Origin: the human T2T-CHM13v2.0 reference genome, Homo sapiens
Strand: one strand, 5' to 3'
NCBI RefSeq assembly: GCF_009914755.1
Contig: NC_060926.1
Length of the DNA stretch: 64,000 nt
A program made the translations under genes and the position numbers. This document shows, piece by piece, positions 1 to 17,403 of this stretch. The notes beneath the pieces are model-generated. The model did not search any database. It was given only the letters and a program-made list of their open reading frames with translations, and was not told where the DNA came from. Position 1 is the stretch's first letter, and every line of letters starts with the position of its first letter.

Positions 1-255
1 GAGGAGAGGATAAACTGTTAGAAATAACTGTACAAAAAGCAAATCTTTCCAGAAAAAGCAAATTAAGCTGAAATTCACTATTCAAGCTGTTATATCTCAC
101 TACTTCCACATACATCTATAGACTTTTGGCAAGACTATCTTATATTGGAACAAACGAATTACAAACTTCTTTTTTTCCAAAATTTGATAAATTCTTCTAC
201 ATTTCCACCTTTAACTTTAATAAAAGGGAAAAATAGTGTCAACCCTCATACTTAC

Positions 256-302
256 ATTCAATTGCATCATCTGGCCTCACGCCTTCTACATCAATCAAAT
301 AT
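256..302 (-). CDS. DUSP11: DUSP11 coding exon 6 (YLIDVEGVRPDDAIE); gene continues beyond the left edge
   Basis: tag|A acceptor, T|gtaagt donor; 47 nt, in frame with exon 5. Confidence 0.94.
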
Positions 303-369
303 CTAACAAAACAACATAATTTGGGTCATTTATATACGAAAAGAAAAAAATCAAGTTTTTTCAAAAAAG

Positions 370-520
370 GTCCAATTTCAACTTATAGACATAGATATAA
401 AAATCCTAAGAAAATATCAGCACATCAAATCCAGCAGTTATTAAAGAATGACATACCATGACCACAAAAAGACGTTTTTCAAGAATGCAAGGATGACCCA
501 ACTCCAGAAAATCTATTTAT
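370..520 (+). mobile_element. Old L1 ORF2 fragment
   Basis: aaaatcct..aaaatatcagca..aatccagcag...catgacca...atgcaaggatg resembles L1 reverse-transcriptase-region sequence. Confidence 0.55.
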
Positions 521-729
521 ATATTTATTTACATTAATGTAATTTAATAAACAAAAGGAAAGAAAATGCAGAATCATTTTTTATCAAAATGCTTTATACA
601 CTAAAAATAGAGACTTCCTTAATATGACAGAGTATTTATCAGAAACCAACAATGAACAAAAGACAAATTGGGAAAAATATTAACATTATATCTAAAAAAT
701 ACTGTATAACCAACAGAATGGGCCAGAAA

Positions 730-1540
730 CTTGGGAGTCACCATCACTGTCAGCCATTTCTTCCAAACTCTCATATTCAATTCACCACCAACTCCTGACA
801 ACAATATTACCTAAATATCTCTATAGAGTATATCTGTATCTTTCTACCAAAATGACCACCATGCCCTGGTCCAATCCACCATTATGCCTCAGTTCCTACA
901 AACACCTCCCAACTTGTCTCCTTGCTTCTACCTCTTTCCCTCTGCAGTGTATTCTCCACTCAGCAGCAAAATGATAGGTTGAAAATACAAATTTGAATGT
1001 GTTCCCCACACTCATCCCCAACAAAAAAAATTCAATGGTTTTCTATTGCTCTTAAGGTAGTGACTAAAACCTTAAACATAGCTCTGCATGGTTTCAGCTC
1101 CTATTCATATTTCCAGCTCCATTTTAACGCCATACTACCCCCATGGCCCAGTCTCCCTAGCCAGTTCCTCCAACACAGTATATATTTTCCTGTTAATATG
1201 GTCTCTGCTGATCCTTACGTTCAGAATTCTCTCCACAACATCCCTACCTGGTTAACACCTACTTATACTTCAGATATTTGCTCAGACCTCCCCACAGAAA
1301 CCTCTAGTCCTCTTGTTGAAGTCAAATCCTCCCTATTCTATGCTCTCATTGTACCATGTCACTCCCCTTCTCAGCACTTGTTGGAATTGTAATTGTATAG
1401 GCATTTGTGTGATTCTTTAATATCTACTCCCTCCCTAGACTGTTAGGACGCACAAAGGGCAGCTAAAGTCTCTTTGCTAACACGCAGCACACTGCTTACA
1501 CATAATAGATGCTCAGGAGATATTTTCTGAATGAACAAAC
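730..1540 (-). mobile_element. L2 remnant
   Basis: Degenerate L2-type motifs (tctccactcagcagc, tagactgt..gggcag, acataatagatgctca..tgaatgaa). Confidence 0.55.
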
Positions 1541-1769
1541 ATAACTCAGTACAGTGTGGCAACATCCATAAAAAGCATAACGACACATACTATTTGATTA
1601 AGAAATTCTATTTTGAGTGAAATTACCTCCGGGGCTATGAGATATGCATTCAAAAATATTTACATAGAAATGTTCACTACTTCAATGTTTTATAATATCA
1701 AAAACTTCTGACTTTTGTGTTCATCGGTGTGCAAAGAACAACGCAGGCCTTAAAAAGAATAAGGAGTCT

Positions 1770-2140
<371 letters not shown>

Positions 2141-2359
2141 CTATTATACCATTCAATAACATGTATGCTTGTATCTGCATTTTTAGAGTCTGAAAAGATG
2201 TGTACTAAATTATTAATGGTGGTAATCTCTGGGTGGGGAGCAAGACTGCCTTCTACTTCATGTATTTCTATACCAGTTCCATTTTTTACAACCTTACATT
2301 ACCATTGTAAACAGACAAAAACAATTTAAAATGGTCTGCCTCTGGGGTTGGCAACTTAC

Positions 2360-2420
2360 CTGCAAATGAGGTAGCCAGTCCTGTTTAAACCATGGGTACA
2401 GTGGACACCAATAAGTTTAT
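2360..2420 (-). CDS. DUSP11: DUSP11 coding exon 5 with catalytic P-loop HCTHGLNRT (CX5R)
   Basis: tag|AT acceptor, AG|gtaagt donor; 61 nt; encodes KLIGVHCTHGLNRTGYLIC, the cysteine-phosphatase/RNA triphosphatase motif. Confidence 0.97.
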
Positions 2421-3150
2421 CTATAAAAAGAAAATACAGGGTTAAGTAACTGAAGTAGATACACAAGTATATAACATTATCACTGCCCTGAAAATGAATA
2501 ACTCTTAAGAGGAATTGTTTTTTCTAGGAACATACTATAAAGAATCATCTAACAGAAAGCCAAAACTCACTGCTTCTGGGAAACTTTGCATAGTCCCAAT
2601 TAGACTCAGTGATGTAAACTGCAAGCCTGGTCAGACACTAACAGCTAAAACTGCAATGAGACAAACCCGTCTATCTTAAAACAGAATGCCCATCAGCAAC
2701 TGATTTAATTATACAAAAAGGGAGTGAAAGCAACAACAGGCTAAGAGAAGAATGAAATTTGTTTCTGAATCAAACAAATAAAAGGCCTTCACTCTTGATA
2801 CTGAATATTAAGGACAGTTTCCATAGTACTCTTGAGTTCCCGAAGAGCTTCTATTCCTTCTCTTGTTCGGTGCTCCACACATACCACAGGTCTACCTGCC
2901 CTGTGAAGTACTCAGGTAAATAGCACTATTCACATTTTACAATGAAAAGGCAAGGCTTGGAGATGTAAGTCAAAGCAGGCAAATAGTACAAGACTAGAAT
3001 CAAGTCTAAGATTTTTCCCATTACACCACAGTATTTCTTAGTCCATCTTTTTAAAAAATTACATGAGGAATTAAATAAAAAAAAGTGTAGTTTATCTTTG
3101 CAAAATCTGTGTCCATGACTAGGTAGTGTCTGGTAAAGAAGGCACTCATC

Positions 3151-4350
<1,200 letters not shown>

Positions 4351-4442
4351 AACATATGAATTCCATGCCTTTTCACATTATCTTCTAGTCACACAAGAGG
4401 CTGCCTCTCCATGGCTTTAGGCCCTGTGCCTTTTGTGCCTAA

Positions 4443-5215
<773 letters not shown>

Positions 5216-6363
5216 TAACCCACATCTTAAACCACATGCACTACATATTTATTTTCCTAGATAACTGTGAACTGCTATAACAAAAAACAAAGACTGCTAT
5301 CATCTCTGTGTCTTCATGCTCTAACAACAAATCTAAAAGGATCTCAGTGTTTACTGAATCAATTTATTTTCTCAGTCCCTACTAGTTCTAGAAGCGAGTG
5401 GAGAGTGTAGTGTCCTCTTTTTATCAGTGAGCCTGTTATCTGTGGGAAGGGATTATAGCAGAGGTAGCCAAAACTGATTATAAACAAGGTCCCAAGCCTG
5501 CTATGGCAGTGAGTACTGCAAGACTTAGACAGTCAGCACCACTCAGGCAGAAGACCAACATGGAGTTCAGTCTATCCAACTGACTACAATCAGTATAACG
5601 TGAACAACTAAGATTTAAAAATATGTTCTCATGTATTCATAAGGACCTCCTAGCCCTCACAGAACAGATGAAGTGCTATATAAAAATTTCACAGAAAAGA
5701 GCCTGGAAGCAGTGAATAGGCCATCAGCTGTACCCTCATATCTTAAAAGGTAGTATTTCTGTGACAACAGCTTATACAAATGGGAAAGCCAAACCTCTCA
5801 AGTTTTAAAGTTAAAGTACAGGGGAAGATCTGTGAACAAGGTTTAACATAATTAAAAGCTAGTGTCCACATTAAGTGAGCGACTAGGTTACAATTTGAAA
5901 TTTTATCTTCAAACCCACTGATCCAGTCTCTATCTCTCACCTTCCATTCCCTATCTTCCCACCTCTGTCTCTATTCTTTCTCCACTACTCCATCACATTT
6001 TTTAAAAAGGAGTATTTACTGTCAGATTTATGTAACAAAGTGTACACTCCTCAAGCTAAATTTGGAAAGAAGGCAAATGAAGCCTCTGTCCTGTGGGTGT
6101 CAGTGGCTTTCCAAAGATAAAAGCTTCTTCAGTCTTAAAATATGACAAATATCATGTTCTTTCTGGCAGAGAGATGCCAGAAAAAGGCAACTGGATCCTT
6201 AAGATAAAGAAGCTGTTAAGTTCTATTTTCAAAAGAGTAAGGTAAATCTTAAAGCAGGAACAAGAAAGCACCAGCCTTTGGCTTAAGTTCTCCCATGTGA
6301 AGAATAAGAGGTGGTGGTATCCTTCCCCATCTGTACTCAAAGCGGAAAAACAGCAGAAATATC

Positions 6364-6438
6364 TTTTTTTTAATTATACTTTAAGTTTTAGGGTACATGT
6401 GCACAACGTGCAGGTTTGTTACATATGTATACATGTGT
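6364..6438 (-). mobile_element. Very short 3' end of an L1PA element
   Basis: ttattatactttaagttttagggtacatgtgcacaacgtgcaggtttgttacatatgtatacatgtg is the reverse complement of the L1PA 3' terminus. Confidence 0.85.
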
Positions 6439-6895
6439 CTTAAATACATATGACAAAGGGGCAATTCCACTGGTGCACTCTTTCTTGTTTTGCTTCTAGG
6501 GGTCCGTCCCATTCTTAATCTTTGCCCTTTCTTGTCTCTTTCACATAACTCTAAGACTCAGAGTTTTTTAATCTTTTCTTCTACTTCTCACTTCTTAACC
6601 AATATAGAAGACAAAAATAACATTTTAATTTTATATATTTCTCATTCAAATTAAAAAAGAAAGATGAGCTAGTTCAGTTCATATTTTGCACTAAAACTAA
6701 TTTAACATTCCAAAGTTAAATTATTTGTGATCAACAAAAGGAAAAACATCTTACCCTATTAGCACCATCTGACATTTTCATCACCTTAGCATCATTAAAT
6801 ACAACAGGTCTGAGGTTGGAACTATAAAAAAATACCAAAAATCCCCAACCCCATTCATAATGCACACCACAGTTCAGGTAAGAACAAAAACTCAC

Positions 6896-7019
6896 CATTA
6901 TCTTTATTTTCTTTCAAAAACCCATTAACAGCGTGTTTGAATTTAAAAATAGTCTCATCATCAGGCACTTGATGTCCAACTGTAAAAATTTTTAAGTAAG
7001 GAACAGTTTCTGGCAAATC
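6896..7019 (-). CDS. DUSP11: DUSP11 coding exon 4 (DLPETVPYLKIFTVGHQVPDDETIFKFKHAVNGFLKENKDN)
   Basis: tag|GAT acceptor, G|gtgagt donor; 124 nt. Confidence 0.96.
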
Positions 7020-7499
7020 CTATAAAGCAAAACCATAAAAGATGTGTATTATTTCACTTGTAGAGAAATAATTAAAGAGTAATTAGGGGACCCAGAATAT
7101 AAGCCAAGAGATTATAACAAACTTAATATGCCAATATCAGTATACACAATTCTGATAAAAGAGCCATTTTTTCCAACACTGCTTCAACCAGGAAGTATCA
7201 CTTGATTTTCAATAAAACTACATAATAGATAGTCACTAGGTATACAAAACTGAAAGCAAATTCCATGTGAATGAATGCATATTTAACTATAAATTATATA
7301 AACAGTTCCATTTAATATTTTATAATTCAAGGGCCAGTGCCTTCATAAAGCAGCTATGATTTAAGTAGAAGAGTAGAGAATAGAGTCAGAAGAACTTGGA
7401 TTTGAATTGTGAGATAGAGGGAATTCCAGGCACTATTGAGAACCGATATTCTTGGGGTGGGAGAAAAGTAGATACAGATAAAAGACAGAAGAGGCTAAG

Positions 7500-7835
7500 T
7501 CAAAATCATTTTAACCATCCACAAGTGTATAGTTCAGTGGCATTACATTCACAGTATTGTGTAACCATCACCACTGTCTATACCCAAAACTTTTTCATCA
7601 TCCCCGACAAAAAGACTCTGACCACTAAACCATAATTCCCTTTTCTCCCCACCTCATAGATCCTTTAGTCTGCTTTCTGTCTCTGTGAATTTGTCTATTC
7701 TAGGTACTTCATACAAGTGGAATCATATATTTGTCCTTCTGTGTCTGGTTTATTTCACTAAGCATGTTTTTAAGGTTCATCCATATTGTAGCACGTATTA
7801 AATCTATTCTTTTTTATGGCTGAATAATATTCCAT
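7500..7835 (-). mobile_element. L1M-family 3' fragment
   Basis: agttcagtggcatta..cacagtattgtgtaaccatcaccact...ggctgaataatattccatt motifs. Confidence 0.75.
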
Positions 7836-8008
7836 TTAAGACAGCAATTAAAAACATGTAATTAGAGAAATCACTTGGTTCTCTTTTAAACTTACTACCC
7901 ATCAAAGAAGGCCAAGCTTCACATTAGCACAAGATGATTACTGAATTACTATAAATTATTTTAGGATCAGAAGGAAGAAAGTTCTTTTCATTGAAGGGTT
8001 CCACTTAC

Positions 8009-8140
8009 CTCTGGTTTATAATAGCGTTGAGTATATGTTAAATCAATAATCAGTCCAAGTTCTTCATTTTGTTCTCGGATTTTGTTAAAAAGATCCAAAG
8101 GGGAAAAGCATTCTTCTGGAGCAAGTTTCTTTTCAAAACT
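8009..8140 (-). CDS. DUSP11: DUSP11 coding exon 3 (SFEKKLAPEECFSPLDLFNKIREQNEELGLIIDLTYTQRYYKPE)
   Basis: cag|AGT acceptor, GAG|gtaagt donor; 132 nt, open frame. Confidence 0.96.
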
Positions 8141-8461
8141 CTGTCACAGAGAATGAAATAAGAGCAAATATGTGCTTAAAATCCTGTACTACATTAGGCA
8201 TTTATTCAAGTCCTGTGATGCTAACATACAACGAGATTCAAAGGAAAGTTTCCATTCTCCTGGAACATAGAAGGTATATTACAACAATCCTTTCTTCCAG
8301 AGTGGTCAGAAAGAAAAAAATAAGCCCACTTCTATATATGTATTTCTGTATTTGTTTCATGTTGGTCTCCTAATCAGACTGTAATCTCCCAGATTTTATT
8401 CACCACTGTATCTCCAGCTCCAGGTGGAGTGCTTATCATATTTAGTGCTTATAAATATTTC

Positions 8462-9063
<602 letters not shown>

Positions 9064-9224
9064 CAAATAAATATTTCTCACATGTCTACATATATGAAGG
9101 ATGGCTTTCATTGCTGAATATTCTTTTATGTATGTGGCTTATTTTTGAACTTTATGCTCTGTTCCTTCAATCTGTCTGGCTACTCAGGTGCCAGCAATGT
9201 ACTTTTTAAAAAATAGACTAGTTT

Positions 9225-9527
9225 GGCTGGGTGCGGTGGCTCAAGCCTGTAATCCCAGCACTTTGGGAGGCCGAGGCAGGAGGATCACGAGGTCAGGAGA
9301 TCGAGACCATCCTGGCTAACACGGTGAAACCCCATCTCTACTAAAAACACAAAAAAATTAGCCAGGCGTGGTGGCAGGCGCCGGTAGTTCCAGCTACTCA
9401 GGAGGCAGAGGCAGGAGAATGGCGTGAACCCAGGAGGCAGAGCTTGCAGTGAACCAAGATCACACCACTGCACTCCAGCCTGGGCGACAAGCGAGACACC
9501 ATCTCAAAAAAAAAAAAAAAAAAAAAT
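9225..9527 (+). mobile_element. AluY-like element with TSD AAAAATAGACTAGTTT
   Basis: Full Alu with poly-A and direct repeats. Confidence 0.92.
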
Positions 9528-10084
9528 AGACTAGTTTTCAGAGCAGTTTTAGGTTCACAGCAAAACTGAGCCAAAAGGACAGATAGTTCCCACATGTACT
9601 TTGCCTTCCCCAACCCACCCAGACTCCCCCACTATCCACATTCCATACCAGTGTGGTCCATTTGTTACAAATGAAGAACCAACTCTGACACATCGTTATC
9701 ACCAAAGTCTAGAGGTTAGGTATGCGTGATTCATTCTATGTTATGCATTGTATGTACATATTATGTTATATATATTTTGCCACAAAAAAAATGAGAGAAA
9801 GAACTAAGTTCAAGTTTTGATTCTTCCTTTTCTGAGCCTGTTTGATTATCTACAAAATTATTTATTAGATGTAACCATCTATTCTCTGAGCTTAGTGCAG
9901 AATAAGCACTCAGTAAGAGATATTAGTACTACTGCTACTTCATCAGCACAGGATTGTTGTGAAATGTGTTAATATACGTGAAGCCCTTTTATAGGTTTTG
10001 ATCAATATATAACATGTATCCACCCTTAGAGTATCACACAGAATAGTTTCACTTCCCTAAAAATTCCCTGTGTCTCCAACACCT

Positions 10085-10370
10085 TCTTTTTGGAGACAGG
10101 GTCTTGCTCTGTTGCCCAGGCTGGAGTACAGTGGCATGATCATGGCTCACTGCAGCCTTGACCTCCTGGGTTCAATCGATCCTCCCACTTCAGCCTCCTG
10201 AGCAGCTGAGACTACAAGCACACGCCACCGCGCCTGGTTAATTTTTGTATTTTTTGTAGAGACACGGTTTCAGTGTTGCCCAGGCTGGTCTAAAACTCCT
10301 GGACTCAAGCGATACACCCACCTTGCCTCCCAAAGTACTGGATTACAAACATGATCCAACAGGCCTGGCC
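10085..10370 (-). mobile_element. AluJ-like element
   Basis: Diverged reverse-strand Alu. Confidence 0.88.
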
Positions 10371-11394
10371 TGAAATGACTCATTTTTAAGCCCAGACATG
10401 CAGAGAAGCTGACACAGCAGTTGAAAAAGGAAATCTGATCTATAAGTCACAAATTAAGTAAATTCCCAAAACGTTTCAAGTAGGCTTCTCCTGATACTAA
10501 TCTGAGCTATGCTGGGGAAGTCTAATAAGAAAGACATGGAATCTAGAAAACAATTATTTGTCTTCACCTTCTCATCTTTTTTATGGCTGTCAAAAGCTTT
10601 CCCCTCCTATCCCTCCTATTCCTTTCCTAGTTTAAACAAAAATACAATCTTCAGATTTTCCCCACTGAAATCCTGACCTTGATGATCCGGGGGATATTTC
10701 TGATTGTGACCATGGAAGGAAAGGAGTCCCACTGGCATTCAGTGGGTAAGGGTTACAAATTCTAAACAACTTGCCAAATTCAGGACAGTCCTACAAATGT
10801 GTCCCACATCCTGAATGGCTTTTGGATGTCCTATTCAAGATTAATATAGATAAAAAGCTGTTCATATTTAGCTTGGCCTCAGAACCTAACTCCATTTCAC
10901 AAATAAACACAAAGTATTTTTTGTACAATACTAATATATATTGAATTTTCCAGGATAATAATCACCTTATCAACCAAATGAAGATTATACTTTGTTATAT
11001 TTGGAAATCTATTACAGAAACTCCTACCACTAAAGCAATACAACCCACCTAGATCAGTCTACATTTGTAATTCTTGAATTCATGGCGCAGGCAACTATTA
11101 CTCTATGTCTTTTAATGTAGTCATGTCCAAACATTTATATATTGAAATAAATATTATTTTATTATAAATTACTTTTATTTTATTTTTTATATTATAGTTA
11201 GGGTGTTAATTGGTATTTTTGTTTAAAATATGAAGTAGGTTGTATGTACCTATGAACTTCATTTCAGGATAGTAAAGGGGTCATTACAAAGTATTTGCTA
11301 TAAAAAGAGAAAATGGAATGTGATAGAGTGGAGAGCAGTGTTCTGCATGGTGAACTCAGATGCCTGAAAGAATACTGAATTAACTTTTGCTTAC

Positions 11395-11470
11395 CTTTTG
11401 CAAAGGAACTTTGAAAGCAATGAAACGAGTCCCAGGCATCCGCTGTCCAACTGGGAGATAGTCTTTCCAC
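11395..11470 (-). CDS. DUSP11: DUSP11 coding exon 2 (WKDYLPVGQRMPGTRFIAFKVPLQK)
   Basis: tag|G acceptor and AAG|gtaagc donor; 76 nt; frame continues from exon 1. Confidence 0.96.
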
Positions 11471-11952
11471 CTATTAGATATATTTTTTGTTAGCCAAATT
11501 GTATGTTAGCCTTGTTTCCTTGCACAAAATAAGACTTTTTGAAAATGGGAATCATAGCCCGCACAACATGTCCTCTCTCCTCTCTGCTTTGCATTTCGCC
11601 ACTCCACTTATTAAACCCCACCAAGTAACGACCTATACCGTCCTTCTCTCCTGTTTCCCCATCATAAAAACGAACACAAGCCAACACAACAGTACAACTC
11701 AAATAAGGCCTATATAAAACCGGAGATACCCAGAACTTCTGTATCCCTGTTAAACTTGGCCCAGTACCAGATACTAAAGTGCCATTAATACAAACATATT
11801 CACTGAAATAATTTAAATTCAATTATTTCACTTCACGCTTTTAGTTTTCATACGACTGATGCCATAAAGTTCAATTAGTAGGAAACTTCAAGTTCATATT
11901 TTAAGAGAAAACCTGCTAGAAGAGGGACTGTGAACTTCACTTAATAATGCTA

Positions 11953-12291
<339 letters not shown>

Positions 12292-12799
12292 TCACTAATT
12301 AGAACCCCACTGCAATAAGTCAGGCAAGACCTGTATTAGGGTACTGACAGAAAGTGACAGTCAAAAGATAGTAGATAAAATGAAGAGGATTTATTGAGGT
12401 ATGAGATGGTGGAGGATGGTCTCAAGGAGTAAAAACAGTTCAATGCACCTACGTGCAAAGTCTCAAAATTAATCATTTGTACGTATAAAGGAGTTATCTT
12501 TCAAATGAGGCCTGTTAGGAAGTAACAAAGTATGCTCTTTGTGATTTCTGGAAACAATACAAACCAACTTTCCATGTGAGATCTCAGGGCGCTACTACTG
12601 CTGGGTTCCTAACTCAAACCATTACACTTTCCGTGCCAACGTAACAAGGAATTGAGGAGGTTCCATTTTGGGAATTAAGGAGTGTCCCCAACAGTAACAG
12701 TCCCACCTTAAAGCAATCCTTCCGTATTTTACCTAAGAGCAATGGCCAGAACCTCCCTTTTACAAGAATATGGAGAAATCACAGGACATCACAGACATC

Positions 12800-13420
12800 G
12801 CCCCTTTCAGCTACAGCGGGTGGCGCAGAGGGTCAAAGCCTCAAAGCAAGCGGCGGACAAGTCAAGCTTGCGATGGCAACGGCGAGAGGCAGAGACCACA
12901 AACGATGAAGCCCAGACCCAGAAGCCACGAGCTGGAAAGGCCACGCCAAGGGACCAAGACATACTACCTTTCGGGGATGTGGTTTCCGCCCTTCTTCTTG
13001 GCTGAGGAGCGTCCTGAAAAGTCGCGTCTCCGGCCCCAGCCACTGCGGGGATGATGCCACTGGCTCATGTGGGTCCCAAGAAGCCGCCCACCCAATGCCA
13101 AGCCGGCCAAAAGCGCCAGTCCGGCGCCCTCAATGCCAGGATAAGACCCTAAACAGGAAAAGACTCGGCAGCCACCTACGCCGCGCTCCAGCGTCTCGCT
13201 ATTGCGCATGTGCCACCGCCGGTCGTGATGGCGTAGCCACGCTGGCTTACTGAGACTCCTGATCTGTAAACAGGACTTTGGTGGCTACAGCGCCCTCTTT
13301 AGCCAGAGGCCGGTAGCACAGGTCAATAAGGGCGTGTATGCACCCTTCAGAATTCAAACAGTGAGGCACAGGGAAGTCCCTCTGCCCGATCCGCCCCACG
13401 CCCCGGTTCCTTGTGTGTTC
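12800..13420 (-). promoter_or_regulatory. DUSP11: DUSP11 CpG-rich promoter / first-exon region
   Basis: Local CpG enrichment; NRF1-like TGCGCATGTGC at 13203, ATGGCG YY1-like core near 13228, GC boxes CCGCCCCACGCCCC near 13391. Confidence 0.75.
12968..13209 (-). CDS. DUSP11: DUSP11 coding exon 1 (long start MRNSETLERG at 13209; second in-frame ATG MSQWHHPRSG at 13068)
   Basis: Translation MSQWHHPRSGWGRRRDFSGRSSAKKKGGNHIPER matches the recalled DUSP11/PIR1 N-terminus; donor AG|gtagta at 12968/12967; 242 nt, phase 2. Confidence 0.95.
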
Positions 13421-14124
13421 TTCTAGATATTTACCAGCGCTTACATTCACATTTTGCATATTTTGTATACATATTTACTTTCACATATATGTATATCCTC
13501 TATTTTTATACAAAAGGAGTAACTGTACATATTCTACAGTATACCTTAAACACTGATTATCCCAGTCAATTTATGCATACATAGATTCTATTTTTAATGG
13601 CTATAGGCAATTTACTTGCTTATGAGTAACATAATTAAAAGTACCATAACGTATTTAGCCAGTTCAATATTAATGGACCTTTAGTTGTTTTCAGGTTCTT
13701 TTCAAATCTTGTTACAGACAATGCTGCAATGTGAACATCCTTATACATATATACAACTATATCTAAATTCCTAGAAGTAGAATGTCTGGAATGAAACACA
13801 TACAAACTTAAAATTTGGAAAGATACTACCTAATTACCCTCCAAAAATAATGTAGAAACATACACTCCCATCAAAGCCAAACTTTTATTGGGTTCCTATC
13901 ACATACCAGGTATCATGCTAGAGGTGGACAGAATGTATTTAAGTTTTAGCAAATACAAAAAATAACTGAGAGTGGAGCTCAAGTCCAAGGTTTCCACACA
14001 GTCTCAAGCATAAAGATCTGTACCCGTTAGAAAAACGTTCAATTCTGCTAAAAGTGGAACTACAAAGGACAGCATACCCTATAGCAGCTTTGAAAATAGA
14101 ATAGAGTACTAAATTCCAGATTAA

Positions 14125-14446
<322 letters not shown>

Positions 14447-14751
14447 AATGGCAGATTTTTGAAAGTAATTTTTACTTCTTAGTTTCTAATTTATGAAAGT
14501 AACTTACATATATTTTTAGTAATCTTTGCAACCATTTCAGAGCTGGGTAAACCAAGGATAAGAAAGGTCAGAGCTATTGAATAAATGAATATTAATAAAG
14601 CTAGACTGCTAGCTTTATTAACATTTTTGAGACAGTACTTTTCCAACCAGTTTTAAATACATAAACATTTACAATTCTGAAAATTTCCACATCATTAAAA
14701 ATGTGTCAATATTCATAAATTGTTCATTGGAAAAAGAAAAAGACAGGATAG

Positions 14752-15089
<338 letters not shown>

Positions 15090-15125
15090 CACATTCAAAT
15101 TTGACATTAAATTGTAAAATATTGT

Positions 15126-15503
<378 letters not shown>

Positions 15504-16742
15504 CTATAGACATGACAAGATACAAAACGTGACATAAATCTTTCAGAAGCTAGAAAAGCTGTATTGGGCTTACACTTTCAATTTGCTAAAAGACACAACA
15601 TTGGGGTGAGAACAAACTCAGTTATAGTTGACACAAGAAAATCCAGACCTAGGCGGAATAGGGTTCCTAGAAAGTAACCAGACATACTAATGAATAACAT
15701 AAATGAGGTAATATGACATAAAACATAATGGAAAAAGAATATTATGATTATTTTCTTCAGTGTACAGAAGTAATGGAAGTTCTGGACTAGCTACATAAAA
15801 AATATTAAATTCTATGTTCTATTAATACAAAATAAGTGTGTCGAATTGTTTGTCACATAAACCAAAAAATCCACACAAATCTCTTTTTCCCTGTACCCTC
15901 AACTTGCCTGTTTCCTATTCTCCACTAAATGCTTAAATTCTTCATTTTGCCTAGCCCTTGCACCCAAGCATGGCTGACAGGATATCCCAAAGGCCCAAGA
16001 TTCTATAGTGGCTGTTTGCAAGAGAGAGGAGGCTAAAAGTAACTGCCATACTGGATCCCCTTATGTGAGAAGAAAGAAAGTATCCTGAATGCTTCTCACG
16101 TATAAAAGAGCAGGATGGCAGGGTGTCTGTGTGGCCCAAGGAGCCAGAGGTAGCAAACCATGGGCAAAAGAAATGTGACCAAAGGCTAGAAGAGGGAAGG
16201 TCTGCAGTCAGCCTTGTCTTCTACCTCTCTGCTGTTTGCTTCTCATAAGCAGAGTCCGTATTCCAAACATCCGGACACTGAAAAGAAGACTCCTGCTCTG
16301 GAAGTTGACAAGAAGGAATATCCACAAATGTAAAAATGCAAGATCAAGGCTTGGCCCAGAAACGATGCCTAAAATCAAGGGGTTAAAAAAAGGAGAGCAG
16401 AAGAGAGATCCAAGTCCAACCTGGCCCAGCCCAAAGAAGGTAGGATTCAAGGAGAAGAAACTAAAAGAGAAGAGCCTTGGACCACATCCTTTCCTACAAT
16501 GGGCAGTCAACGAACTTTGCCGTTCAACCAAGTTACAAAAGAAGGCTCTTTAATCCCTCCTTTGGCCCTTAAAAGCGGCAGCAGGGCCGGGCGCCGTGGC
16601 TCCCGCCTGTAATCCCAGCACTTTGGGAGGCAGGGGAAGACCGATCACGAGGTCAGGTGATCGAGATCATCCTGGCTAACAGGGTGAAACCCCGTCTCTA
16701 CCAAAAATACAAAAAATTAGCCAGGCGAAGTGGCAGGACTCA

Positions 16743-16892
<150 letters not shown>

Positions 16893-17194
16893 TCAGATTC
16901 ACTGAAATAGTTTTAGAACAACTGTAATTGCTCAACTTAAACATCCCTTTCCTTTCTCCCCAAGGATATTGTGTATGTACTATATAATTATAAATGCATA
17001 CTATTACATATTATGAAATGTAACATATAAAATATAAATGTTAGTTAATTATATTAGTGAACATTTATGAGAAACATTGAGATGATCTCCCTAACATGAG
17101 AGCCTGGGGGAAAGTGGGACTATCATGTCTGTCTTGCAGATTTCACCTCCCCAGAGCTCAGCCACTTAGTGCTGTTACACCTTTCCTACCACCT

Positions 17195-17280
17195 CTGCCA
17201 GCCAATCCTGTCTTGTGGGGAATCTGACCTCCCTATTGGCTATCGCAGACCTTTAAACTGCCTGCTTTGTGACATCATTC
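17195..17280 (+). promoter_or_regulatory. C2orf78: Putative C2orf78 core promoter (repeated in all five units)
   Basis: AGCCAATC at 17200-17207 and inverted CCAAT (ATTGG 17235-17239) ~33 bp apart; TTTAAA at 17252; CRE-like TGACATCA at 17270-17277. Confidence 0.55.
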
Positions 17281-17403
17281 TCCCACCAAACCGACCACCA
17301 CCTGGTAGCATCTTGGGGTTTCCTGGGCGTGGCCTGTAAATTTGTATCATCACAAGGGGCCAGTGACCAGTAACCAGTGACCAGTGGCCTTCATACTGGA
17401 CAC

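Noticed and set aside
10640-11310. Possible hAT/Charlie DNA transposon remnant (also ~50360-50800)
   Set aside because: Too degenerate to name or delimit by eye.
13283-13305. CTCF-like motif (reverse AGAGGGCGCTG) between DUSP11 and the array
   Set aside because: Only the 3' half of the CTCF core matches; not supportable without ChIP data.
17126-17140. Acceptor-like TGTCTGTCTTGCAG upstream of each promoter
   Set aside because: Use as an internal exon (361 nt to the donor) would frameshift; the tract is weaker than the micro-exon acceptor and there is no supporting evidence.
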